A stretch of 64,000 nucleotides of DNA from positions 608,001-672,000 of the forward strand of contig JAXHMY010000003.1 in the NCBI GenBank assembly GCA_034520965.1, written 5' to 3'. Position 1 is the first letter of the stretch, and each line of letters begins with the position of its first letter. The notes under the pieces were generated by a model. The model ran no database searches, was not told the origin of the DNA, and worked only from the letters and a program-made list of their open reading frames with translations. A program made the position numbers and the translations under genes. The DNA is from Spirochaetia bacterium. Lineage in GTDB: Bacteria; Spirochaetota; Spirochaetia; DSM-16054; Sediminispirochaetaceae. Shown here piece after piece: positions 39,410-49,878 of this stretch.

Positions 39410-40606
39410 CTATTCTATTCCGATCTCATCATCTCGAAGATAACAGGCCGGATCGGCCGCCCAGGTATCACCGGTGGCGGCCTCGGCCCGCACTCTAAAG
39501 TTCCCGCCGCATACATCGAGAAAACAGCACTCGGCGCACCTGCCCTTCACATGCTTCTGCTTCTCTTTCAGCATATTCATCAAGGGGTCCGAGGTTCCGG
39601 TCCATACCTTGCTGAAGGGCCGCTTGCGGACATTGCCAAAGCTGTAGTGCCGCCAGAACTGGTCTGCATCAATTTCACCGTCCCAGCTCACACAGCCTAT
39701 TCCCCGACCCGAACTGTTTCCCCCGTTCATCTGCAGCAGTTCCAGCACCCGGGCCGCCCGCTCCGGATCCTCCTCCAGCAGCTTTAGATAGAGGTACACC
39801 CCGTCGGCGTGATTATCCACCGTCAAGACCTCCGTCGGTTTTCCGCGCTCGTGGAGGCGGCGGGTCCGCTCGATAATCAAATCGATTGTCTCCCGTGTCT
39901 CCTCGTGTGACAAGCCCTCTGTGACAAGATCGCTTCCCCGGCCGCTGTACACAAGGTGATAAAAACAGATCCGTGGAATGGACCTCTCCTCCAGGAGCTG
40001 GAAAATTGCAGGAATCTCGGCTCTGTTGCTCTTGGTCATGGTAAACCTAAGTCCCACCTTTATCCCGGCACTTCTACAGTGCTCCAGACCCTCCAATGCC
40101 CGTTCATACGCATCCGGACGCCCGCGAAACCGGTTATGGGTCTCTCCCACCCCGTCTATGCTTATCCCTACATAGGAGAGCCCGTACTCGGCGAGGCGTT
40201 CCGCTATCGGTCTGGTAAGAAGGGTCCCGTTGCTGGAGAGCACCGCCCGCATGCCCAGATCCCGGGCATATTTAATAAGCTCAAACAGATCCGGGCGCAT
40301 TAAGGGTTCTCCACCGGAGAAAAGCAGCACCGGGCTGCCGAACTCGGCAAGGTCTCGAATCATTGCCTTAGCCTCTTCCGTGTTCAACTCTTCCGTGTTC
40401 CGCTCTTCGGCTGTGCTGTCATCCGAGCGGGAGTAGCAGTGAAGGCAATTAAGGTTACAGCGCTGGGTTACATTCCATACCACAACCGGCCGCTTGTCCC
40501 GGGAGAACTGCAGCAGCCGGGAAGGCAGGGAGCTGGATTTTCTTCCGTAGCGCAGCACATCCGACGGTTCAACCCTTCCGCAGTAGAGTTTAGATATTCC
40601 TGTCAC
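39410..40606 (-). CDS. ahbC: 12,18-didecarboxysiroheme deacetylase, radical SAM/SPASM
   Basis: GISKLYCG...[48 protein letters not shown]. Confidence 0.92.
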   Translation of the reverse strand: MTGISKLYCGRVEPSDVLRYGRKSSSLPSRLLQFSRDKRPVVVWNVTQRCNLNCLHCYSRSDDSTAEERNTEELNTEEAKAMIRDLAEFGSPVLLFSGGEPLMRPDLFELIKYARDLGMRAVLSSNGTLLTRPIAERLAEYGLSYVGISIDGVGETHNRFRGRPDAYERALEGLEHCRSAGIKVGLRFTMTKSNRAEIPAIFQLLEERSIPRICFYHLVYSGRGSDLVTEGLSHEETRETIDLIIERTRRLHERGKPTEVLTVDNHADGVYLYLKLLEEDPERAARVLELLQMNGGNSSGRGIGCVSWDGEIDADQFWRHYSFGNVRKRPFSKVWTGTSDPLMNMLKEKQKHVKGRCAECCFLDVCGGNFRVRAEAATGDTWAADPACYLRDDEIGIE

Positions 40607-40630
40607 AAAATTTCTCCTTGTTTAAGCGCT

Positions 40631-40710
40631 TCGTTTCAAAGCCTCGTTTCAAAGCCTCGTTTCAAAGCCTCGTTTCAAAGCCTCGTTCACCCGTTTTGTT
40701 CACCCGTTTT
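40631..40710. repeat. 13-bp tandem repeats
   Basis: TCGTTTCAAAGCC x4 plus partial (40631-40687), then GTTCACCCGTTTT x2 (40685-40710). Confidence 0.9.
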
Positions 40711-42240
40711 CTGGGAAAAACTCCGGATACCTTCGATAAGACCGGGTATAGAGTGCTCCCTAGCCTCCGTCACCACAGGTATACCAAGCTCCTCAGCCGT
40801 CCGGGTGCTTACCGGACCTATGCTTGCCCCGCGTATTCGCGAGCAGTACGCACCTAGTCCATGCTCCTCTAAAAGAGCGACCAGGTTCTGTACCGTGGAA
40901 GAACTGGTAAGGCTTACTATATCCGGAAAGGGTTCAGAAGGCCCGCTCTATCTCTTCCCTGCTATACACGGGCTTGCTTACCGTATAGATAGGTACAATG
41001 CTGCAGCGGGCCCCCATGCGTGTAAGGGCATTTGGAACAATATCCCGGGCAATTTCTGATACAGGAAAAAGCACATACTCCCCCAAAAGCTCGCCCTTCC
41101 GTTCCTTGAAGGCCTGGGCCAAGCCTTCGGAAGTAAACAGCTCTGGAACGAGATCAGCGCGTATCCCGTAGGCGGAGGCGCCGAGGCCGTCCCCGTCCCT
41201 ATACAGGCCACCTTACTTTCGGCCAGAGCCCGGGTATCTAAGCCAAGGCTGAACAGCCTTGAAAAGAATATCGCCACCCCCTTGGGCGAGGTAAACACAA
41301 TCCAGCGATACCCCGATATCTGCCGCAAAGCAGCGTCTATGTCCGAGAAATTCTCCACCGGCGATATTTTTATACTTGGAAGTTCGATCACCTCTGCTCC
41401 CAGCGCCCTTAGGGGTACAGAAAGGCTCTTGGCATCATCCGAACTCCGAGTCACGAGAATACGGCTGCCGAAAAGGGGAAGCTCTTCGAACCAACGAATC
41501 TTCTCGCGCAGCTCTACTACCCGTCCTATCACGGCAATTGCAGGTGGAGATATACTTTCAGCCTGCGCCCGGGCGGCAAGGGTCTCTAAACTGGCGCTCA
41601 CCACCCTCTGCCCCGGTGTGGTTCCCCAGGAGATAATCGCTGCAGGAGTATCCGCCGCTCTGCCGTGCATCAGTAAGGCTTCCACAATGGAGGGAAGGTT
41701 TTTTACCCCCATATATACAACCAGGGTGTGATCGCTTTGGGCCAGGTTCTTCCAATTCTGTTCCTGCTCTTCCGATCCCTTAACTGCTCCATGCCCCGTT
41801 ACAAAGGTCACCCCGTTCGAAAGCCCCCGATGGGTGACAGGAATACCCGCATATGCAGCAGCGGCGCTTCCCGCCGTTACCCCCGGCACTACCTCAAAAG
41901 AAATACCCTCCTGGGCCAGATACAGCGCCTCTTCGCCACCCCGTCCAAAGATGAAGGGGTCTCCCCCCTTCAGACGCACCACCGTCTCTCCTCTGCGGGC
42001 ATGCTCTACCAGCAGGCGGTTAATCTCCTCCTGTCCAAGGGTGTGGCTGCCGGCCCGCTTGCCCACGTATATTTTCTCGCATTCAGGGCGGCACATATCA
42101 AGGAAATTGTTGTTTGCAAGGTAGTCATAAACTACGACCTCCGCCTGCTCCAGGCGCTCACCCCCCCGTACGGTAATAAGCCCCTCATCGCCGGGACCGG
42201 CACCTACCAGAGACACAAAGCCCTTCTCACTACTGTCCAT
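40687..42240 (-). CDS. cobA-hemD: uroporphyrinogen-III C-methyltransferase / synthase fusion, frameshifts near 41178 and 40936
   Basis: LVGAGPGD, RLKGGDPFIFGRGGEE (CobA); ILVTRS, FTSPKGV, then in shifted frames ADLVPELFTSEGL and LTSSSTV...ASIGPVS (HemD). Confidence 0.88.
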
Positions 42241-43165
42241 TTTCGACTGCCTCCAATATCTCCCGTCCGCCTTGATTCAGTATAGCCTCGGCGCATAGGC
42301 GCCCCGCCTCTCTCTCCTCTCCTTGGCTTCGAACCACCCTATGTTCTATACTGCGTTTTCCCTCAAGGTCTGCTACAAAGCCGGTAATCCGGTACTCACC
42401 CGTGTCGGTAGTATCGGAGAGGCAGCCCACCGGAGTATGACAGCCCCCTTGAAGCACATGCAGAAACTCCCGCTCACCAACACTCTGTGCAAGGGTCCGA
42501 AGGTCGCCTACTGCTCCCGCAAGCTCCATCAGCTCCTCGTTATCGCAGCGCAGCTCCATGGCGATAATACCCTGGCATCCGGAGGGAACGAAATCCTTGA
42601 TCGGCAGATACTGGGTAATCCGCTCCTCCAAGTCTAAACGCAACAAGCCCGCCGCCGCAAGAATCAGTGCCTCGCACTCACCCAAATCGAGTTTTCGCAG
42701 TCGGGTTTCGACACTTCCCCGCATTGGAACAATGTGAAGATCCGGACGGTAGCGCCTCATTTGTGCCGCCCGGCGCAGACTCGAGGTACCAATCCTCGCC
42801 CGGCTCCAAGGCTTCGAGCCGTTTGCCGGAGCTGCTTATGCACACATCGCGCGGATCGGCGCGTGGAACTACCCGGCAATACACAGCCCGGGCGGCAGGG
42901 CTGAGGGCAGGTCCTTCAAGCTGTGTACCGCCATATCAATTTCTTTTTGCAAAAGCGCCTTTTCGATCTCCCGCACAAACACATTTGACCCGCCAATCCG
43001 GGCAATCGGAGAGGTTTGATTTTTATCGCCACCGGTACGTATGGTGACCAGCTCAATACCTAAATCGGGGTGGCCGCTGCGAAGCAGGGCTTCCGCCTCG
43101 GATGTTTGAGCAAGGGCAAGGGCACTGCCCCGCGTACCTATTCGAATCGAATTACGAGTTTTCAT
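42230..43165 (-). CDS. hemC: hydroxymethylbilane synthase, frameshifts near 42873 and 42800
   Basis: IGTRGSALALAQ, AVHSLKD; RADPRD; IGTSSLRR, RLRKLD, ILAAAGL, GGC cofactor motif, across three frames. Confidence 0.9.
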
Positions 43166-44451
43166 CCGCCCCCATCCAGCTCATCTTTATTTTTCTCTTG
43201 CTCTTCCAGTTGAAAGAGAGTGTGCAGCATCTCGATATATCCCAGATTCCGTCCCCCCTCAGTGAGCTTCCGCAAGTTCCGTATTATCAGACCGAGCCAA
43301 CGGCCTTCAAGGTAGCTGGTAAACTCTTCAAGCCTTTGATACTCTTCAGCAGGAATCTTTTTCTTTAAGGACGCGAGCTGTTCCTCGTACAGGGACTGGG
43401 TTTTTTGTTTGAGCTTATGAATGGTCGGGGACAACTGCAGCGAAGAGAGCCATGCGAGAAACTCGTCTCTCTGGGAGTTTAAGATCAGCTGGGCTTTCTC
43501 CACCTCCGCCGATCTACGGGCTTTGGTTCGTTCGGTGAGCGCCTGTAGATCATCCACATTGTATAGATGCACCAGAGCCGGGCACTCCGGCGGTACTTCT
43601 ACATTGCGGGGGACTGAAAGATCCATAATAAGCAGGGGGCTCTGGAGCCTAGACGAGAGCCGTAGAATGTGCTCGGAGCGGATAACCGGCTGTGTAGCGG
43701 CGGTGGAGACAAGTACTAAGTCGTATTCATGCAAACTCTCCATCACCGCCCCGTACTCACGGAACTTTGCACCGTATTGAGCGGCTGCCTCAGCGCTTCG
43801 CTCCGGATTTCTTCCGGTTACATACAGCTCGCCGCAGCCTCTGTCGGAGAGACTCTGCAGAACAAGCGTTCCGGCCTCTCCGGTTCCGACCAGTAAGGCA
43901 GATTTGTCATGCAGACTTTCCAAAGACTCTACTGCCAGCTCCACAGCAGTGGAACTCACCGAAGAGGAGCCTTTGTTCAACTGGGTCTCCGTTCGCACAC
44001 GCTTCCCGCTTTCGAAGGCCTTGTGAAATAGACGATCCAAAATTCTTCCCGTCATGCCTCTCGTGGCACTCAAGCGATAGGCTTGCTTTAGTTGTCCAAG
44101 CACCTGATTCTCTCCAAGAACCATAGAATCAAGCCCTGCAGCTACTCCCAACACATGCCGTACCGCATGACTGTTACGATAATGATAGAAACAGTCCATC
44201 TCCTCTTCTTCTGCATTTTTCCAGTTCCGGAGCTGTTCCAGTATATCCCTTCGAAACTCATCTGCATTTTCAGGACCGGCAACGAGGTAAAGTTCACTTC
44301 TGTTACAAGTCGAGAGAAACACCGCCTCGTCTATCGTCGAGAGGCTAAGCAGATCCTTGAGCAGGCTAACTATCTCCTCGTCCGAGGAGGAGAACTTCTC
44401 GCGAATTGCTACCGGGGCCGTTGTATGGTTAATTCCAACTACACAAATCAC
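43162..44451 (-). CDS. hemA: glutamyl-tRNA reductase
   Basis: GINHTTAPVAIRE, LSTCNRSE, GLDSMVLGENQVLGQ, DLSVPRNV. Confidence 0.96.
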   Translation of the reverse strand: MICVVGINHTTAPVAIREKFSSSDEEIVSLLKDLLSLSTIDEAVFLSTCNRSELYLVAGPENADEFRRDILEQLRNWKNAEEEEMDCFYHYRNSHAVRHVLGVAAGLDSMVLGENQVLGQLKQAYRLSATRGMTGRILDRLFHKAFESGKRVRTETQLNKGSSSVSSTAVELAVESLESLHDKSALLVGTGEAGTLVLQSLSDRGCGELYVTGRNPERSAEAAAQYGAKFREYGAVMESLHEYDLVLVSTAATQPVIRSEHILRLSSRLQSPLLIMDLSVPRNVEVPPECPALVHLYNVDDLQALTERTKARRSAEVEKAQLILNSQRDEFLAWLSSLQLSPTIHKLKQKTQSLYEEQLASLKKKIPAEEYQRLEEFTSYLEGRWLGLIIRNLRKLTEGGRNLGYIEMLHTLFQLEEQEKNKDELDGGG

Positions 44452-45044
44452 AGTCTTTCTATCTTCTCAAAAATATCTTTGGTTTTTCCGCTTAAGCTTT
44501 GTTCGATTTTGTCTCTCCTTTCAAGCCACGATAATCTAGTATCATCACATATTTGTCGTCGTTCATCGCGCAGTTCCTCAAGCTCCTGAGCGAGCTCCGG
44601 ATAGAGTTTACGCTGAAAGTACTCTTTTAGTTTCTTTGTAAGCAAAGGTATTCCGCCGGTGGAAAAAGCCACAGCGAGGGGGCCCCTTCTTATTACCGAG
44701 GGAACAATAAATCCTCCCCTCTCCAGCTCTCCGTCTATCCTGTTTACCAAGATACCTCTCCTCCGTGCCTCTTGAACCACCATCTCGTTGGTACCCTTAT
44801 TGTCCGTTGCTGCAAAGGCAAGCACATAGCCTTCAAGATCTCCGTAGCCATAGGCCCTTAGCTGAAGGGTAATACGCCGTTCTTGTACTAAACTCTGTAA
44901 TTCTTCGCTTATCGACAGGGCGATTACATACACATCGGCGGCGCTTTCGATAAGTTTTTCAACTTTACGAGTAGCTACCTTTCCGCCCCCGATAACCACT
45001 ACCGGCATATCTTCGATATCCGCAAAAAAGGGGTATACACTCAT
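44448..45044 (-). CDS. sirC: precorrin-2 dehydrogenase (SirC / CysG N-terminal type)
   Basis: YPFF, VVIGGGKVATRK, AATD, FIVPSVIRRG, STGG; start reassigned to ATG 45044. Confidence 0.88.
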   Translation of the reverse strand: MSVYPFFADIEDMPVVVIGGGKVATRKVEKLIESAADVYVIALSISEELQSLVQERRITLQLRAYGYGDLEGYVLAFAATDNKGTNEMVVQEARRRGILVNRIDGELERGGFIVPSVIRRGPLAVAFSTGGIPLLTKKLKEYFQRKLYPELAQELEELRDERRQICDDTRLSWLERRDKIEQSLSGKTKDIFEKIERL

Positions 45045-45253
45045 ATAGGCCCTATTGTAGGGGGGCAAAATCAAAAAGTAAACAAAATCACACTAGAAAC
45101 AGCTGTTCTCATATTAGCTCTATACTAATCGGATTGCTCCGACAGAAATGAATTTATTACCTAAACTTAGCAATTCCAGATAGTAGAAAAAAAATACCTC
45201 TATGTGGTGTAATGGTTTAGCCACAAACACAAAAACACCCAGGAGGTGAATAA

Positions 45254-45298
45254 ATGGTGCGCCAAAACAGCCGATCCGTCAAGAGCAAAACCGATTGA
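45254..45298 (+). CDS. candidate 14-aa small ORF MVRQNSRSVKSKTD
   Basis: Perfect SD AGGAGGT 6 nt before ATG; hairpin AAAACCG...CGGTTTTTT spans the stop. Confidence 0.3.
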   Translation: MVRQNSRSVKSKTD

Positions 45299-45441
45299 GC
45301 CTTTTGCACTGGCCGGTTTTTTGAGCGTTTCAGTTCTTATATAGGTATATGGCTATTTTCTATAGTCTTGAATCACTACGTTTCCTTCCATTTCGGAGGT
45401 AAAATTTAGCAAAAAGCAGAGCTGAGCGGCTCTACAAGTAG

Positions 45442-45862
45442 GTGTATTTGCCCTCAGACCGGCAGATACTGCAAGGCGAAGTGGAACAGCTGCTGCGGAA
45501 GATCGAGATGAATGCAAAAACTTCCACCTTCAACAAGAAGACGGTCATTCCCGAACTGACCATCAAAGCTCTGGGTTTGAACAACTTCTCCGTCAGTGGA
45601 AGCACCCGCCGCAGAACTCGGCCTTTTAGAAGCGGTGCAGTCAAAACTCTCCGGGCCGCGTACCAAGCTCGGTGTGCGCTCGCACACGCTGGAGCTCACA
45701 ATCAAAGGCAAACAGGACTGCCTACTGAACCTGCAGGATGCGCAGAGCTCAATTCGGGACCTCGATATGGCAAAAGAGCTTGCCGAGCTTTCCAGGAACA
45801 TGGTTCTGTATAAGAGCGCCACCGGGATAATCCTGCGGAAGAAGAACACATCCATCTATTGA
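45442..45862 (+). pseudogene. degenerate short flagellin-like gene
   Basis: DRQILQGEVEQLL...TFN (N-helix end) then shifted frame RTKLG...NLQDAQSSIRDLDMAKE (flagellin C-terminal motif); 5' part lost, in-frame stop upstream. Confidence 0.7.
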
Positions 45863-45996
45863 GCTTCCATCCATTGAGGGAGCGTGCTCCGCGAGGAGGT
45901 CGATGTCGTTGCCGCGTATTCATATCATGCCCTACGGGCAGGCTCTCTTGCCACCCTGCACGCAGGGGATGCCACTGTGGAGCTGCCTAGGTGTAC

Positions 45997-46779
45997 TCAA
46001 GTATAACTGTGCAATCCAGGCAGTAGGTAATTCACCCCTAGAAAGGTAAAAAGGGCAATCAAAAAGCCCAGGATCACGATGATCGGCCCAGCCGTGCTCG
46101 TGTTGCGGCACACCAGACGCAGATGGAGGTAAAGGGTAAAAACAAGCCAGGTGATGAGTGCCCAGGTTTCTTTGGGGTCCCAGCTCCAGTAGCGCCCCCA
46201 GGCCTGCTCCGCCCAGATAGCCCCGAAGATGAGCGCCCCGAGGGTGTAGAGCGGATAGCCGATGCCGACGCTGGTGTAGATGATCCGGTCCAGCCCGCGC
46301 CGCCGCTCTTCTGATTTCGTAAGGACGAAGATGAGCGAAGCGACGAAGGCCGCTGCAAAGAAGACCTCCCCGAGGAAGGCGAAGGCCACGTGCAGCACTA
46401 GCCAGGAGGACTGGAGCGCCGGGACGGGGGGCTTGAGATCTGCCGGGGCGATAGGCGAGGAGGCAACCGCGAGCAATGCGATGGTCAGGACGGTCAGGCC
46501 GAAGAAGAGGAGGCGGTAGAACGGTAAGCGCCGCTGGAGGTGGTATGCGAAACCTGCGGCGGCGAGAAAGGCAGCGAAAAACAGCAGCGACTCAAAGATC
46601 CCCGTCACCGCCACGAAATCGATCGCCACGCTGCGGCGAATCAGCTCGCCAAGCAGCAGGAGTGCCGCGGCAGCCACCGGCCAGTGGGAAACGGCATCGG
46701 CGCGCTGTCTTCGCAGCAAAAGTATGAATATTTGTCCTCCGGCGGAGATCAACAGCAGTATGAATGCAGCGGTAGCCAT
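45997..46779 (-). CDS. ccsA: cytochrome c biogenesis protein CcsA/ResC (system II)
   Basis: WWD motif WAEQAWGRYWSWDPKETW; PALQSSWLVLH, YLHLR, GLHSY histidines. Confidence 0.95.
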   Translation of the reverse strand: MATAAFILLLISAGGQIFILLLRRQRADAVSHWPVAAAALLLLGELIRRSVAIDFVAVTGIFESLLFFAAFLAAAGFAYHLQRRLPFYRLLFFGLTVLTIALLAVASSPIAPADLKPPVPALQSSWLVLHVAFAFLGEVFFAAAFVASLIFVLTKSEERRRGLDRIIYTSVGIGYPLYTLGALIFGAIWAEQAWGRYWSWDPKETWALITWLVFTLYLHLRLVCRNTSTAGPIIVILGFLIALFTFLGVNYLLPGLHSYT

Positions 46780-47732
46780 CAGTTTTCCTCCCGTATTCGC
46801 ACGATTTTACCCACATAGGTGACGGCAAGTCCCAGGCTGGCCAGAATAAAGCCAACCAGTACCACCGTGTAGCCTGGATCACGCACCGCCTGCAGTCCGC
46901 TGATGTGAACGGTGCGAATCGAACGCAGCTTTAACCCTAGTAGCGACTCACCGACCGCGAGCCTGCGGGCCGTACGCTTCATTCCCTCCCGGATCATAAA
47001 TATTCCCTCCTCCGGATCGGAGCCGGCTCCCTCCGGGACTGCGGCAAATTGGACCGTCGCCCCGTCTATCTCCGTGGGGTGGCCAACGATGAGCCGCAGC
47101 TCCCGAAACTCCCCGTCGCTGAAGCGGGCCACCGGTCGCATCGCGTGACGCACCTGATAGAGAGTGTAAGAGCCCAGCCGCAGGGGAGCGTTGACCTCGA
47201 TCTCTACCCTCTCATGCAGGAGCTCGCCGCCACGATGGACACTGACAGTGGAAATCCAATCTTTCGGAGCACCGTCTTCATAACGTTGATACTCGAAATC
47301 GCTCAGCTCTATTCGGTACTCCCCGCCGATGAGATGCTCCTCCCCGGAGGTGAGCAGAAAGTCTTGCTCCTCCCGTCCTACGGAGGTAAGTACACCGCCT
47401 GCAGCGAGAACCAGAATCCCAATGTGAAGCAGATCAGGTCCGACAGAACGTTTTGCCCGCCGGAGCTTTTGTTGAGCCGTGAAGCGCCGCACCGTACAGG
47501 CCCCGAGATTGATCAGAAAGAGTCCTGCGGCAGCAAAAAAGAGGGGCGAGCTAAAGGCGTGGTCGAGACCCAGCAGCAGTACCGCCCCGGCAACCGGCGC
47601 CGGAAGCAGCCGGGAGTACATCTCTGCAGAGCCGCCCTGCGGCAACACTCCACCGGCCACAGAGAGAAGGGTGATCAGGATAAGTAGAACGATCGCCAGT
47701 CGCAGCGAAAACAGCAGCCGCAATAGTTTCAT
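46779..47732 (-). CDS. resB: cytochrome c biogenesis protein ResB/CcsB (system II)
   Basis: SLRLAIVLL...GGVLPQ, NLGACT, LLHIG, IEVNAPL...LYQ, SGLQAVRDPG. Confidence 0.9.
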   Translation of the reverse strand: MKLLRLLFSLRLAIVLLILITLLSVAGGVLPQGGSAEMYSRLLPAPVAGAVLLLGLDHAFSSPLFFAAAGLFLINLGACTVRRFTAQQKLRRAKRSVGPDLLHIGILVLAAGGVLTSVGREEQDFLLTSGEEHLIGGEYRIELSDFEYQRYEDGAPKDWISTVSVHRGGELLHERVEIEVNAPLRLGSYTLYQVRHAMRPVARFSDGEFRELRLIVGHPTEIDGATVQFAAVPEGAGSDPEEGIFMIREGMKRTARRLAVGESLLGLKLRSIRTVHISGLQAVRDPGYTVVLVGFILASLGLAVTYVGKIVRIREEN

Positions 47733-47815
47733 GCTTCTACTCCAAAGCAGAGCTCGTTAGCTCAAAGAAAAGCGCGGGAGCCCTCGAGTTCCCGGACTCT
47801 CGCAGGCGGAATGCG

Positions 47816-48661
47816 TCAGTCGTGCTTTTCGTGGCACTCCAGACACTCCTGCTTAGCGCCCTTGATGTGTCCCGAATGACAGTAGAGACAGCCTTCGGTC
47901 GTATTGGACACCGCATAAACAGGGGTGAAGGTACCCTTGTAAAAGGCATTCATCAGTTCCACCGCCCGGGCTGCGGTGTCGCCGGTGAGTCTGCCGCAGC
48001 GCTCGGAGCGCTCTGCACTGTCTATTTTCATGTCCGCCTCCTTGGCCCAGACAGAGGCGGAGACGTGACAGAGGGGCGAGTTGGCCACGCTCTGCGGCAG
48101 GCGTTTGTCGCTCTTCAAGTCGCTCACCAGGTACTCGCCTTGTACGGCGTAGCGGTTAGCCTTGTCCGTCGGCAGTGCCGTGGTGCTGTACCAGCCGAAA
48201 AGCTCGCTGATGATCGTGTCTGCATGCTTACTTGCGAAGGCCATGTTGATAACGGCGGCAGCGCCATTAAGAGCGCCGCAGACCGTGCCCCAGCCAGCAA
48301 TACCGCCATGACCGTATCTCAACAGCTGAGACGGTATGTTACGGTACGGTCCGCCTACCTTATCCTGTAGCTCGTGCAGCAAGGCGGTAAAGGCGCCATA
48401 GGCGCAGGCTTCCTCGTAGTAGTTCTGATGGCCGAGTTTACGCACCCGCTCCGGATCCAAGGGGGCATAGCCCCACGGCAGCTTGTCTGCCGTGCTGCTG
48501 CGCCCCTGCGCGGCAAACAGCTTCCCCCCACCGAGCGAGAGGGCTCCAGCCGCTATCCCGAGGCCTATACCGGTCTTGGTGAGAAAAGCCCTCCGTGTAA
48601 CCTTCTTATTCCGAGGGCTCTCCTCCTGATACTCCGTTCTTTCGGTATTAGGAATACTCAT
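47816..48661 (-). CDS. split-Soret cytochrome c-like protein (Tat signal, C_GCAxxG_C_C domain, two CxxCH)
   Basis: TRRAFL Tat motif; ACAYG, WGTVCGALNG, PLCHVS, ERCGRL; C-terminal CLYCH and CLECH; ATG 48661 after AAGGAGG, upstream TTGTGC-17-TATAAT. Confidence 0.88.
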   Translation of the reverse strand: MSIPNTERTEYQEESPRNKKVTRRAFLTKTGIGLGIAAGALSLGGGKLFAAQGRSSTADKLPWGYAPLDPERVRKLGHQNYYEEACAYGAFTALLHELQDKVGGPYRNIPSQLLRYGHGGIAGWGTVCGALNGAAAVINMAFASKHADTIISELFGWYSTTALPTDKANRYAVQGEYLVSDLKSDKRLPQSVANSPLCHVSASVWAKEADMKIDSAERSERCGRLTGDTAARAVELMNAFYKGTFTPVYAVSNTTEGCLYCHSGHIKGAKQECLECHEKHD

Positions 48662-48744
48662 TATAACCTCCTTATCGTACTCGAGTTCATTATAAAACAG
48701 AGTTATACACAGCACAACAAAAAACCTTACAGTACAGAAATTCC

Positions 48745-48960
48745 CCATCAGAGCACCACAGATGATGTGCAGCAGCGAGAAAAATGGCCGCTGTTCTTTG
48801 AAGTGAAATCGTTTCATCTTCACTAAACCGGAGAGTTTTTTGAAGACGTTTTTTTCGATCGACCAGCGCACGTGAGCCTCTTCTCGCAGTTCCGCCGCCG
48901 AGAGGGAGAAGCTGGTGGTGACGATCCACAAAGTCTCTATAGAAAGGGTTGACAAAAGGT
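48745..48960 (-). mobile_element. transposase C-terminal remnant (DDE, IS4-like superfamily)
   Basis: LWIVTT...RWSIEKNVFKKL...FH resembles the R-W-x-I-E-x-x-F helix carrying the catalytic Glu of DDE transposases. Confidence 0.5.
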
Positions 48961-49050
48961 CGCATCATATCAGAATTGCTGCGTACATATATTACCCATA
49001 ATAATAACTATTTTATGTGAAAACCCATCACATGTGGGGAGCAAGTAGAT

Positions 49051-49079
49051 TGACATACATATGCTGCTCCCCTATGCTG
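49051..49079 (+). promoter_or_regulatory. sigma70 promoter of tatCBA
   Basis: TTGACA-17nt-TATGCT. Confidence 0.6.
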
Positions 49080-49128
49080 GGTCTATACGCTACCGGCGCC
49101 GAGAGCCCGGAAATCGAGTTGAGTCGCA

Positions 49129-49878
49129 ATGAATGCATTCGTGGATGATCAGACCTTTCTCGAGCACCTCGTCGAACTGCGCCGCAGGGTCATCTCTTCC
49201 CTCATTGCAGTGCTTATCACAGCAGTGTTCTGCTTTGTCTTCTACGACGCCATCTTCCGTTTCTTCTTCGCCCCCTTTGAGGTGCTGAACGGACCCGAGT
49301 TCACCGGCAACACCCTCTTCATCAATTCCCTCTTCGAGGGCTTTCTTACCAAGCTAAAAATCTCTCTTCTAACAGGTCTTATACTCTCCCTTCCGGTCCA
49401 CCTTTACAACACCATCAAGTTCGTCTTTCCCGGGCTCCGGTCCAAGGAGCGGAAAATCGTGAAGATCACCCTGGCCGCCAGCTTTTTTCTCATTGCCGGA
49501 AGCCTCTACTACGGCTACAACAAGATCATTCCGCTTTCCATCCGCTTTCTCACCAGCAGTGGCTTCATTCCCGCAGAGGTCGGGCTTCTACTCAACTACG
49601 GGCAGAACATCTTCTATATCCTGCAGTTTCTCCTTATTGCGCTGGTGATATTCCAGCTGCCGCTGGTGATAGAGCTGACCATGGTGCTCAACCTGGTGCG
49701 CCGGCGCACCATGCTCAAGATCAGCAAGTTTTTCATTTTCGGCGTTTTCATACTCTCGGCAATCCTTACGCCCCCGGATGTGATTTCCCAGGTGAGCATC
49801 GCCCTCCCATTGATTGGTCTCTACTATCTCACTATTCTGATAGCCATAGTATTCCGCTTCGGAGAAGAAGGTGTTTAA
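49129..49878 (+). CDS. tatC: twin-arginine translocase TatC
   Basis: FLEHLVELRRR, FVFPGL...E, FQLP, AILTPPDVISQ. Confidence 0.96.
   Translation: MNAFVDDQTFLEHLVELRRRVISSLIAVLITAVFCFVFYDAIFRFFFAPFEVLNGPEFTGNTLFINSLFEGFLTKLKISLLTGLILSLPVHLYNTIKFVFPGLRSKERKIVKITLAASFFLIAGSLYYGYNKIIPLSIRFLTSSGFIPAEVGLLLNYGQNIFYILQFLLIALVIFQLPLVIELTMVLNLVRRRTMLKISKFFIFGVFILSAILTPPDVISQVSIALPLIGLYYLTILIAIVFRFGEEGV

Noticed and set aside
40631..40710. Possible CRISPR array
   Set aside because: Units are 13 bp and contiguous with no spacers; no cas genes; the palindrome families are dispersed rather than arrayed
40934..40936. Selenocysteine or readthrough at the TGA inside hemD
   Set aside because: The HemD sequence continues in a different frame, so this is an indel
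47816..48955. 379-aa ORF as one protein
   Set aside because: Promoter, AAGGAGG RBS and Tat signal place the true start at 48661; the upstream part is a transposase-like remnant plus promoter DNA
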